Below are positions 7,044 through 14,916 of a stretch of DNA of 32,000 nt, one piece after another. The DNA lies in the NCBI RefSeq assembly GCF_000020385.1, contig NC_010814.1:2490001-2522000 (forward strand), written 5' to 3'. How positions within the stretch are numbered: the stretch's first letter is position 1; the number at the start of each line of letters is the position of its first letter. A program made the position numbers and the translations under genes. Source of the DNA: Trichlorobacter lovleyi SZ. GTDB taxonomy: Bacteria > Desulfobacterota > Desulfuromonadia > Geobacterales > Pseudopelobacteraceae. The notes beneath the pieces were generated by a model. That model was given only the letters and a program-made list of their open reading frames with translations, ran no database searches and was not told the origin of the DNA.

Positions 7044-8471
7044 TCAATCCGTATCTGCCGCCAGTATCCGCAACCCAAAGGCGGTTGCAAGACTGCCACC
7101 TGCCAGAGCCAGTACCGCAAGCAATGGACTAAAGGGAACTAGTGCAGGCAGCCAGCGCAGCAGATCAATCACGGGAATGTAGGCCAGCAGGCAGACAACG
7201 ACTGCGCTAAAGGCGGTACTAAACGCTACGTCCCGAACAAGCGGCAGCAGCACCAATAGCAACCCGAACCAGCAGAGCAAGGCATTTGCATAGAACTCGC
7301 CGGAGGGGTCAAGCAGCGTCACCAGCGCCGGTATCAGACCACCGCCAATCATAAATAACAGGTTAGGGTTATGCAGTTGTTCCCTGATCCATTCGGCCTT
7401 AAAGCCATTGCTGGCTGCTGTCTGGTAGGCATGCCATAGCAGGGCAATGCGACTGACACTCCAGTCAAACATGGCTCGGTAGAAAAAGAGCGCCCAGGTA
7501 AACAACAGACCGATCAGCAGTGCGGCAGCAACACCCACGCCAAGCCCCAGTACCCAATGCTCTCCTTTCAGATTATCGCCTATCCAGACCAGCTCGAGAT
7601 TGCAGACTACATAAAAGTACAGCAGCCGTTTGTTACGCATGGTGTCTTTGGCAAATCCCAGGCCGGCAAGTCCGGCAAGAAACAGCACACCGTCTTCGGC
7701 AACCAGTTTAGGCAGGTGGGGGAACCATCCGGCTGTCAGCAGGTAGCGCAGCAGGGCATGACCCAGGGTGAGTACCCCGGCAATCAGACAGGTCAGCTGA
7801 AACCGGCTGGTAAGTGCACGGTACTGCTGTTGGGCCTCGGTGCTGGTGGGGCTACTGCCAAGCAGCCGTTGGAGAATGTTGGCAGCCTTTGAACGACTTT
7901 TTTCCATCTGGGCGTGCAGATACAACAATTCTGCATGATCAGGCTGCTGCGCCAGCCCCTCCAGAACCATCTGCCGGGCCTGGTCGTTTTTATCCATAAT
8001 CCAGAGAATACTAGCATGGTGCGCAAGATAGTCGATATCCAGCGGATCAAGGGAGAGCGCCTTAAGAATTGACGACTCTGCAGCGTTCAGGTCGTGGCGG
8101 TTATAGTGCGTTACTGATTGCAGATACCAGATTGTCGAGCAATCAGGATCAAGCTCAAGGGCTGCTTCTGCGGCAGCAAGGGCTTCACGGTACAGTTCCA
8201 GATGGTTTAAGAGGGATATCTGTACAGCACGCAGTGTGGTGCTGCCAGGATTGGCTGCCAGACCATGACGCAGGATGCTCTGCGCCTTGGCAAATTCTTC
8301 CCGCTGTACGGCTGCTTCAGCCGCGTAACTGAAAATCTGCGGCTCTGTTGCCGGGTCTGCAAGATGGGGTTGAGCCAGCTTCAGCAACTCTTCATAACGC
8401 TCCAGTTCGTACAGCAGCCGCAGCCTGTGCAGCAGGTTGTCGTCTCCATCTGTTATCTTTTCATGTTCCAT
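7044..8471 (-). CDS. TPR-headed polytopic membrane protein (paralog 1)
   Basis: N-terminal ~215 aa are TPR-like repeats and the C-terminal ~255 aa hold multiple hydrophobic helices. Its N-terminal motif is shared with the 8479-9870 ORF and the 11105-11281 ORF. Confidence 0.8.
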   Translation of the reverse strand: MEHEKITDGDDNLLHRLRLLYELERYEELLKLAQPHLADPATEPQIFSYAAEAAVQREEFAKAQSILRHGLAANPGSTTLRAVQISLLNHLELYREALAAAEAALELDPDCSTIWYLQSVTHYNRHDLNAAESSILKALSLDPLDIDYLAHHASILWIMDKNDQARQMVLEGLAQQPDHAELLYLHAQMEKSRSKAANILQRLLGSSPTSTEAQQQYRALTSRFQLTCLIAGVLTLGHALLRYLLTAGWFPHLPKLVAEDGVLFLAGLAGLGFAKDTMRNKRLLYFYVVCNLELVWIGDNLKGEHWVLGLGVGVAAALLIGLLFTWALFFYRAMFDWSVSRIALLWHAYQTAASNGFKAEWIREQLHNPNLLFMIGGGLIPALVTLLDPSGEFYANALLCWFGLLLVLLPLVRDVAFSTAFSAVVVCLLAYIPVIDLLRWLPALVPFSPLLAVLALAGGSLATAFGLRILAADTD

Positions 8472-8478
8472 TGGCTAC

Positions 8479-9870
8479 TCAATCATCCTGCTTCGCCCGT
8501 CTATATTGCCGCCAGGCCCGATAGAGGGCAAACAGGTACAGGATAAACAGCAGTAGTGGGCGCCTGTGGGGTTCCTGATGCCCGATTATTGAAAAGAAGA
8601 TCAGCGGCAGAAATGTCCAGGCAGCAAGCAAGAAGCTTGCAACCGCAGCCCTTTCAAATGATTGTATGCCACTATAGCGGTAGAGCAGTGGTGCGCTGGT
8701 CATGACAAACAGCAGATGTGGTGGCGGATTGTAATACATGCCAAACAAAAACAGGGTGGGCAACCCGGCCAGAGCCAGCATCGGCAGAACCAGGCGAGGC
8801 GGCAGCCATTCAATCAGCAGATCAGTAAAACGTCCCTGACGGATGGCAATTTGTGCCTGCTGCTTTTTGTTTTGCAGATCTTCAGCACTATCACTAAGCC
8901 AGGCACGAAATAAAACCAGTGCAACCAGTATAACCACCCCAAGCACTGCTCCCATCGGGATGGTGCCTGGCCCGAACGTACCGTTCCAGTAGCTCACAAG
9001 ACTGAACACCATGGTTGTAGTAATCAGGTGGCCACCCAGATGGTAATAGGTCGAACGGAGCATGAATAGGCCGGATGCCAGTGCCAGCGGATATGCTGCT
9101 TCAAACAGCCAGCTTGCAGCCGGATGGGGACGCAGAAAACCGGCCAGACCGGTTGCCAGGATCAGCAACAGCCAGATCGCCAGATCACGGGGGAGTTGCC
9201 GGGCAAACAGATTGTACAGCTCTTGCCTGTCAGTGTCTGTGGGGTCGAGGGCGAGTGCCTGCCTGAACAACTTCAGTTTGGCTCGTATCCCTCTTGACGT
9301 AACGGCCTTGACCGTCAGGGCATCGACATATCCGGGGTTATCGCGCAAGACCTGCTCTGCCAGCTCATTGGCTCGCAATGTGTTGTCACGCAGGCACTCA
9401 ATATGGGCCAGCAGGGTCAAGTGTCCGGGGTCATCCGGCAGCAGGGCCAGGGCTGCGTCTGCTGCCTCCTTTGCCTCGCTGTAGCGCTTAAGCTTCATCA
9501 GGCAAAAGGCCCGGTGATGGTGGGCATCCGGATTTTCCGGGTTTAGGGCCAGTGCCGCCTCTGCTTGTTCCAACGCCTTTTCGTACCTGCCGCAAAAGCC
9601 GAGAACCGAGGCATGGCAAAGTATCAGGTCTACGCTGTGCGGATGGCGTAACAACCCGCGTTCAACCAGATGAAGCGATTCTTCATGGCGCTTCAGTTGC
9701 TGCAGGGCGCTAACGCAGAACCGGTAGCCGGTTTCAGGTCCATCCAGACGGTCAAGCAACGGCATCAGCAGACGTAGAACTTCTTCGTAGCGCCCCAAAT
9801 CATGCAGCAGCCTCGCTTTTTCTACTTCAGAGGGCACATTATCAGCAATTCTGTGGGGTGTCGCATTCAT
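8479..9870 (-). CDS. TPR-headed polytopic membrane protein (paralog 2)
   Basis: Same architecture as 7044-8471: ~215 aa of TPR followed by multiple TM helices. There is only a 7-nt gap to the downstream gene. Confidence 0.8.
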   Translation of the reverse strand: MNATPHRIADNVPSEVEKARLLHDLGRYEEVLRLLMPLLDRLDGPETGYRFCVSALQQLKRHEESLHLVERGLLRHPHSVDLILCHASVLGFCGRYEKALEQAEAALALNPENPDAHHHRAFCLMKLKRYSEAKEAADAALALLPDDPGHLTLLAHIECLRDNTLRANELAEQVLRDNPGYVDALTVKAVTSRGIRAKLKLFRQALALDPTDTDRQELYNLFARQLPRDLAIWLLLILATGLAGFLRPHPAASWLFEAAYPLALASGLFMLRSTYYHLGGHLITTTMVFSLVSYWNGTFGPGTIPMGAVLGVVILVALVLFRAWLSDSAEDLQNKKQQAQIAIRQGRFTDLLIEWLPPRLVLPMLALAGLPTLFLFGMYYNPPPHLLFVMTSAPLLYRYSGIQSFERAAVASFLLAAWTFLPLIFFSIIGHQEPHRRPLLLFILYLFALYRAWRQYRRAKQDD

Positions 9871-10033
9871 GCAGGCAGAATACTCCTTATTATAAGGGAA
9901 CGAATGAACATACGCCTATCATGAGATTATTTCCACAGGGGTTAGACAAATAGACATCAGGTACAGATATTGATATCGAAAAAAGAAACTGTTTCTTGAC
10001 GATGAGGAATGAGACGGACAAACGGTCATTTTA

Positions 10034-11092
10034 CTACCGCTCCGGGTGAGACCCGCAGGAACAACCGCTGATAGCCCGGAAGAAGATCCAGGTCATCAGT
10101 GCGGTCATGGCACTTACTATCACGATATCAGGAATCGGCAAGCCAAATTGTCTCCCGGCATAATTGACGGCGCTCTGCAGCAGCCAGGCACTGAGCACTG
10201 CTGCCAGGGGCATGCCCATCCATCCGTCACCCCTCATGCGGCAGATGCAGGCACCGCAAAAACTGAGGGAAATCGTATAGGCCAGCGGGCCGATATACCA
10301 GAGTACTGCGGCAATGACGAGAAACATCCAGATGCTGCCGGCATACGAAGGAGCAATCAACGCAAAGTAGGGACGTAATGGCAGAAAGCAAAGTAGCAGC
10401 AGCAACAGTGCCAGTCCAAACGAATAACGCAAACGGACTCCAGCTGGCCGCAGGACACGCTGGTCTTGCGCCGCCTGCGGGGTTCCACAGGCGTAATCAC
10501 TGCGATAGCCTGCCAGAATCGGCCCTGCATCCGCAACGGCGTCAGTATCCAGTAGCCGTTCTTTACCTGACTCATTCAGGTAATCAACGATCCGGTCGAG
10601 CAGTTCATCACCGCTGCCCAACGTCTCTACCACGTTACTGATGCTACAAAGGTACCGTTCTATCCCATCGTAGTACAGGGTAAGGTCGTGACCGGTGGTC
10701 ACCCCGTTGGTGGTATGATGAGTTATCCAGATCCGCCCGATCTTGGAGTGGGAGAACAGTTGCGGAGGTGACTCATTGTGGCTGAAGAGCACGTCGTCAC
10801 CTGCTACGGCAACATGATAGCGATCAACTGTGCCGCGCATCCGCCTGGTGCGGAGAACATACATCATCACCGCCAGGGCAAGCCCGATACACAATAGCAG
10901 TAGCCCTGCCCAATTGGAGTGGGCAACGATGACATAGCCACCCATGAGCGCCGTACCGACGCCAACGCAGAAGAACAGCATCGCAAAAGCATCAGGGGTA
11001 CGCGGCGGCGTTTGCACGGTAAGGGTTAAGCCGGTGTCATCCTGCTGAACCAGCAACGAGTTTGTTTTATCGAATGTTTGAGTATCAGGCAT
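10034..11092 (-). CDS. polytopic membrane protein, in frame with the upstream 58-aa TPR-like stub across a TAG
   Basis: 352-aa ORF with an N-terminal TM pair, a soluble ~130-aa middle and a C-terminal TM bundle. There is no convincing SD before its ATG. It is in the same frame as 11105-11281. Confidence 0.6.
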   Translation of the reverse strand: MPDTQTFDKTNSLLVQQDDTGLTLTVQTPPRTPDAFAMLFFCVGVGTALMGGYVIVAHSNWAGLLLLCIGLALAVMMYVLRTRRMRGTVDRYHVAVAGDDVLFSHNESPPQLFSHSKIGRIWITHHTTNGVTTGHDLTLYYDGIERYLCSISNVVETLGSGDELLDRIVDYLNESGKERLLDTDAVADAGPILAGYRSDYACGTPQAAQDQRVLRPAGVRLRYSFGLALLLLLLCFLPLRPYFALIAPSYAGSIWMFLVIAAVLWYIGPLAYTISLSFCGACICRMRGDGWMGMPLAAVLSAWLLQSAVNYAGRQFGLPIPDIVIVSAMTALMTWIFFRAISGCSCGSHPER

Positions 11093-11104
11093 AGTATGAC
11101 GTTT

Positions 11105-11281
11105 CTATCTCTGCAGGGCAAAAACAGACAGGCGGTATCCTGCCTCCGGCTCATCCTGGCTAGCAATCTGGGGCAGCAGCAGTTTTAGCAGTTCTTCATT
11201 CCGTCCCAGTTCGAGCAACAATCGGGCTTTGTCAATATCGGAGTGCATGTCGTCAACAGTGCTGGTGATTGTGGTTTCCAT
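11105..11281 (-). CDS. 58-aa TPR-head stub paralogous to the N-termini of the two TPR-membrane proteins
   Basis: My translation is METTITSTVDDMHSDIDKARLLLELGRNEELLKLLLPQIASQDEPEAGYRLSVFALQR*. Compare VEKARLLHDLGRYEEVLRLLMPLLDRLDGPETGYRFCVSALQQ in the 463-aa protein. AGAAGGA lies upstream. The ORF is below the track's length cut-off. Confidence 0.5.
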   Translation of the reverse strand: METTITSTVDDMHSDIDKARLLLELGRNEELLKLLLPQIASQDEPEAGYRLSVFALQR

Positions 11282-11299
11282 AGGGTGAGCAATCCTTCT

Positions 11300-11854
11300 C
11301 TACAATGCCGGGCTGATGTTTTTTATGAGTGCAGCAGGAATTGTAACTCCAACCATAATCCCCCAGGCCAGATCCAACCAGAAAAAGGAGCCAACCTGCC
11401 CAAGGCGGATCAACCCCACCACCGGTACAACCAGCAGCTTGCCGAATAAGCTGATCTCACGGCTTTTGGTGGCCTGCCACAGGGAGTCGGCATCACCACC
11501 ACTGGGAAAGGCGCAGGCCCCCACCGCCCATGCCAGCCAGCACAGGAAAGGCCCGGCAATCTCTTCATGCTGTTTGGTCATTAATTCGGCCTGTAGTAAC
11601 AGCCCGACGCCGATGCCAAGCAATATAGCAGCCAGAGAGCAGACCACAAACGGCGCAACACTGACGATAATATGCTGCCAGGCTGTATCCGGCTGTTCAT
11701 GCAGCACATACCCGCGTGGATTACCAAGCCGCAGATAACAGACCTTATGCACCCGGACACCGGACAGACGGCAGGCCAGTGCGTGTGCGTATTCATGCAC
11801 CGGCACGCCAGGAATGGTCATTATGTTGAAAGAGAGAGAGACTAGTGTACCCAT
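11300..11854 (-). CDS. membrane protein with an HExxH zinc-peptidase motif (putative membrane zincin)
   Basis: HEYAH lies near the N-terminus (PVHEYAHALACR) and is followed by 3-4 hydrophobic helices. An AAGAGG SD is present, with a 12-nt gap to the upstream gene. Confidence 0.6.
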   Translation of the reverse strand: MGTLVSLSFNIMTIPGVPVHEYAHALACRLSGVRVHKVCYLRLGNPRGYVLHEQPDTAWQHIIVSVAPFVVCSLAAILLGIGVGLLLQAELMTKQHEEIAGPFLCWLAWAVGACAFPSGGDADSLWQATKSREISLFGKLLVVPVVGLIRLGQVGSFFWLDLAWGIMVGVTIPAALIKNISPAL

Positions 11855-11866
11855 GACAACCTCTTG

Positions 11867-12943
11867 TCAGTTTATCACTGCATGCCGTTGCTCAACGTAC
11901 CCCATAATACCTGCAGCAATACAGACCGTCAGTATAATTGGACCCGAGCTACTGAAAAATGGTAGCGGTATCGGCCAGAAAAACAAGCCAACATTATAGA
12001 GCACATGTAACATGGCAAGCCCAATTACCGCCCCTCCCCAGATAACCAACAGGTAGGTCATGGCCTCCAGGCCTGCCTTGCGTACAGTGCGAACCACCAT
12101 GAATGCCAATAGCGCAAAGCTTAGTATGACCAGGGCCATGCCAACCAACCCGTACCAGGAACCGATCACCGCAAAAGTGTACTCACCATTATTTCCCTGA
12201 CAGAGCAGTTGTTCAAAAGCCGGGGCCGTATCTATGCAGACCTGTGCCGCGCTTTCCTGAGTGGGCATGGATGGGGTGCTACCAATCATACCGCCGGTCT
12301 GCATGGACTGCAGTGCCAGGACGTGAGGAGAGCCCGGTTCACTATGGGTCAGTATCCGCTGCACATGATGCAGTCGATATGGTCGGGCAACAATTGCTGT
12401 TCCCAGAAAGACAACCGTACCAATCAGCAGAAACAGCCCGGCCAAGGGGCGACGGTACAGGCACAACAATACGCTAGCCAACAAGATGCCGACAAGGGCA
12501 AGCCCCAGATTGCCATGGCTGACAACCAGCCCAACTATCAAAAGCCCACCTAGTACCAGCATAACCTTGGCAGTCCAGCCGCATTGGCCGGCATTGCTGC
12601 AGAGTATACAGCCGCTTAAAAACAGAAGGCAGGCAAACAAATCACTGCCTGTGGCCACGGCATAGAGCTCTATGCTCGGAAACAGGCTTGGCAACATGGC
12701 TAAAGTAAATGCGGCAGAAACGAGAATCCAACGTATATTTGGCTGGGCTTGCAAGCGACTATACTTTATCGCACCCCCGACAAGTGCGACTGCAATCAGG
12801 GCAACAGCGTACACCAGTGGCGGTGCATTCTCCGGCAGGTCTGATGCATAGGCAAACGCCCTGCAGACAAACACAAACCCGGTCAATAGCATCAGTACAC
12901 TTAATCCAACATACCAGCCCGCCTGAGTTTTAAGATAGTTCAT
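11867..12943 (-). CDS. divergent SEDS-family (FtsW/RodA/SpoVE-like) polytopic membrane protein
   Basis: The C-terminal half aligns by eye to RodA. YTFAVIGSWYGLVGMALVIL matches DFIFAVLAEELGLVG, and IPLPFFSSSGPIILTVCIAAG matches VPLPLVSYGGSALIVLMAGFG. About 10 hydrophobic segments over 358 aa. SD is AGGGAGGG. Confidence 0.7.
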   Translation of the reverse strand: MNYLKTQAGWYVGLSVLMLLTGFVFVCRAFAYASDLPENAPPLVYAVALIAVALVGGAIKYSRLQAQPNIRWILVSAAFTLAMLPSLFPSIELYAVATGSDLFACLLFLSGCILCSNAGQCGWTAKVMLVLGGLLIVGLVVSHGNLGLALVGILLASVLLCLYRRPLAGLFLLIGTVVFLGTAIVARPYRLHHVQRILTHSEPGSPHVLALQSMQTGGMIGSTPSMPTQESAAQVCIDTAPAFEQLLCQGNNGEYTFAVIGSWYGLVGMALVILSFALLAFMVVRTVRKAGLEAMTYLLVIWGGAVIGLAMLHVLYNVGLFFWPIPLPFFSSSGPIILTVCIAAGIMGYVEQRHAVIN

Positions 12944-12979
12944 GATTTACCCTCCCTAATTATCTGGTCGTGCTTTACT

Positions 12980-14776
12980 TCATGTACCCAGCAGCACCGG
13001 GCATTCCTGCAGCAGTTCTCTGAAACCATCAATCATCCGGCGTGACCAGGCTGGTGATTCGATCATCCGGTGGTACTCATCTGAATTTTCACGCCTATTA
13101 TACTGCTGCCAGCGAATTTCACGCAGTCGTTCACTGCTTACGCTAACTGTTAGATGCCGCAGAAATGCTTCCAGCACGGCAGTGCATTTCTCAGAAGGGT
13201 CGTTATTATGTGGCCCTTGGTGCTGCATGAGATAAAACGGATCAGGATCAGCAACATCATCAGAAAGCCTGATTTCAAAGGTTGATAATGATTGGCCGCT
13301 TGCCCTGTCCCGGATGGAAAAAATATGGGAACCGTAGAACAGGCAACTGCTGGTGTAGCCACCCACGCAATGCTGCATCTTGCTGCCTTCATCCTTCAAA
13401 TGCCAGGGGGTGGTGAGCGGTACGACCATCAGGTCGTTATAGGGCCAGGGACTATCGATAAAAGAGGGCCAGTGTTCCCTATCATCGAGGCTGCCCTCTG
13501 CCAGTGATTCATCCAACACCTGTATCTGCCATTGATGCCAATGGCGAGACAAGGCGGTGATCCGCAGGATGGATACCTGCTGCAGGGCAGCTGTGGCATC
13601 GCTTGCCGGCATATCAACCTGTACAGCCCATTCGTGATAGGCTTTTTCAAAATCATGCAGGTTGCTGATGTCAGTCATAGTGATGTTGTACTTTTCCAGC
13701 CTCGCTGGTATGCGTTGGTAACCTTCCTTTACCAGATCGTTGAGACCGCTCTGCAGTATTGGTGAGCGTTTGCGGTTCCATTTCTCATCAAGGCTATCGT
13801 AGATCGGCAGCACCCATTCGTTAAAACACTCCCAGTCTTCAGCGGTTCTGGGCCAGAAGTCCGGCCTGATCAGATCAAGAATTTTGGGCAGCTTGTTAAG
13901 GTGACACAGCCACTGATTACCGATCAGATCAAGGTCTTTCTCAGTCAGGAATTTAGCTACGGTCTTTGAGCAGCGGAAGTAGTCGGCAACTGCGGTGGGA
14001 AGAGGATTACCCAGGTCAACCCCATGTTGCAGCCGCCGGGCCATATGCTCCGGTTCTTCAGCGCAAAAGGTACTGATTAACAGTGGGTAGGCCTGCAAGG
14101 CCTGTCTGCGATTACGGCAGACCTTCTCAAGGGGATGCAGCAGATAGTTGTAGTGTTGGAAGAAAAACAGTCCAGCTGTTGGATCAAGATGCACCAGCTG
14201 CAACCGTTCCTGATCCAGTGAAGCAGCAAAGGAAACCAGTCCCTCCTGAAATTGAGAGATGTACGGTTGCGACAAACTACGCACCGATGCGTCGGTCAAC
14301 AGGTACTGATGGTTCCAGCCTCTATCTGCATGGATGGTCTCTTTTACTATGTCTTCAGCAATCTCACTGCAGATTTGTTTAAAGTCACCGGCATCACCGG
14401 CACTGATCCAGCCGAACATCACGGCCAGGTGTGACAACACCTTCCTTGCTTGCTCAAACCTGGCTTCATCAAGCCGTTGACAGATCCGCCCCAGATCACA
14501 GTAACTGAGAAAAGAGCCGTTACTGCGGAAGAAGATTCCCCAGACAGCACCGGACTCAAGCTCCAGCCAGAGCATCCGGCCAGAGACACGGGTATCAAAA
14601 CAGATGCCGTCTTCACGCAGCTTGGTGGTGGGCAGGGCAAAAGCTTGGCGATAACCGGTACCGCTAGACAAGGTAATGGTACTTGCAGGTGCTGTTTGCG
14701 GTGCCTCCATGTGGCTGGCAGCTGTTATCGGAACGTCACTGCCCAGCAGGGCTTGTATTTCATCATGGGAGAGCAT
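12980..14776 (-). CDS. PcfJ-like domain protein
   Basis: The C-terminal motif LKDEGSKMQHCVGGYTSSCLFYGSHIFSIRD matches my recollection of the PcfJ-like family signature (EG..M.HCV..Y...G...I.SIR). The N-terminal ~430 aa are unassigned. Confidence 0.6.
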   Translation of the reverse strand: MLSHDEIQALLGSDVPITAASHMEAPQTAPASTITLSSGTGYRQAFALPTTKLREDGICFDTRVSGRMLWLELESGAVWGIFFRSNGSFLSYCDLGRICQRLDEARFEQARKVLSHLAVMFGWISAGDAGDFKQICSEIAEDIVKETIHADRGWNHQYLLTDASVRSLSQPYISQFQEGLVSFAASLDQERLQLVHLDPTAGLFFFQHYNYLLHPLEKVCRNRRQALQAYPLLISTFCAEEPEHMARRLQHGVDLGNPLPTAVADYFRCSKTVAKFLTEKDLDLIGNQWLCHLNKLPKILDLIRPDFWPRTAEDWECFNEWVLPIYDSLDEKWNRKRSPILQSGLNDLVKEGYQRIPARLEKYNITMTDISNLHDFEKAYHEWAVQVDMPASDATAALQQVSILRITALSRHWHQWQIQVLDESLAEGSLDDREHWPSFIDSPWPYNDLMVVPLTTPWHLKDEGSKMQHCVGGYTSSCLFYGSHIFSIRDRASGQSLSTFEIRLSDDVADPDPFYLMQHQGPHNNDPSEKCTAVLEAFLRHLTVSVSSERLREIRWQQYNRRENSDEYHRMIESPAWSRRMIDGFRELLQECPVLLGT

Positions 14777-14784
14777 TATAAAAA

Positions 14785-14815
14785 AACCTCCTCAGGTGGT
14801 GTACCTGAGGAGGTT
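14785..14815 (-). terminator. rho-independent terminator ending module B; its 3' arm contains the SD of the PcfJ-like gene
   Basis: Perfect 13-bp stem AACCTCCTCAGGT/ACCTGAGGAGGTT with a 5-nt loop. On the minus strand it is followed by T7, then ATA, then the ATG at 14776. Confidence 0.8.
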
Positions 14816-14916
14816 AGACGGACAAAAGCAGGTTGGTCAGCAACAGATTTCAAAGTTTGCCCCCTGATTTGTAAAACATTCACAATTTTCTGTAAGCTGA
14901 GCCTTCTTGTATTCTG

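Noticed and set aside
9983-9997. Hairpin AAGAA-ACTGT-TTCTT followed by a T-run on the minus strand, as a terminator splitting the cassette into two operons.
   Set aside because: The stem is only ~5 A/T-rich base pairs, which is too weak to call. I mention the 163-bp gap but make no terminator call.
11105-11107. The in-frame TAG as a pyrrolysine codon.
   Set aside because: No pyl genes or PYLIS-like context are visible in the window, and nothing else suggests amber recoding. A nonsense mutation or a genuine two-ORF split is a simpler explanation.
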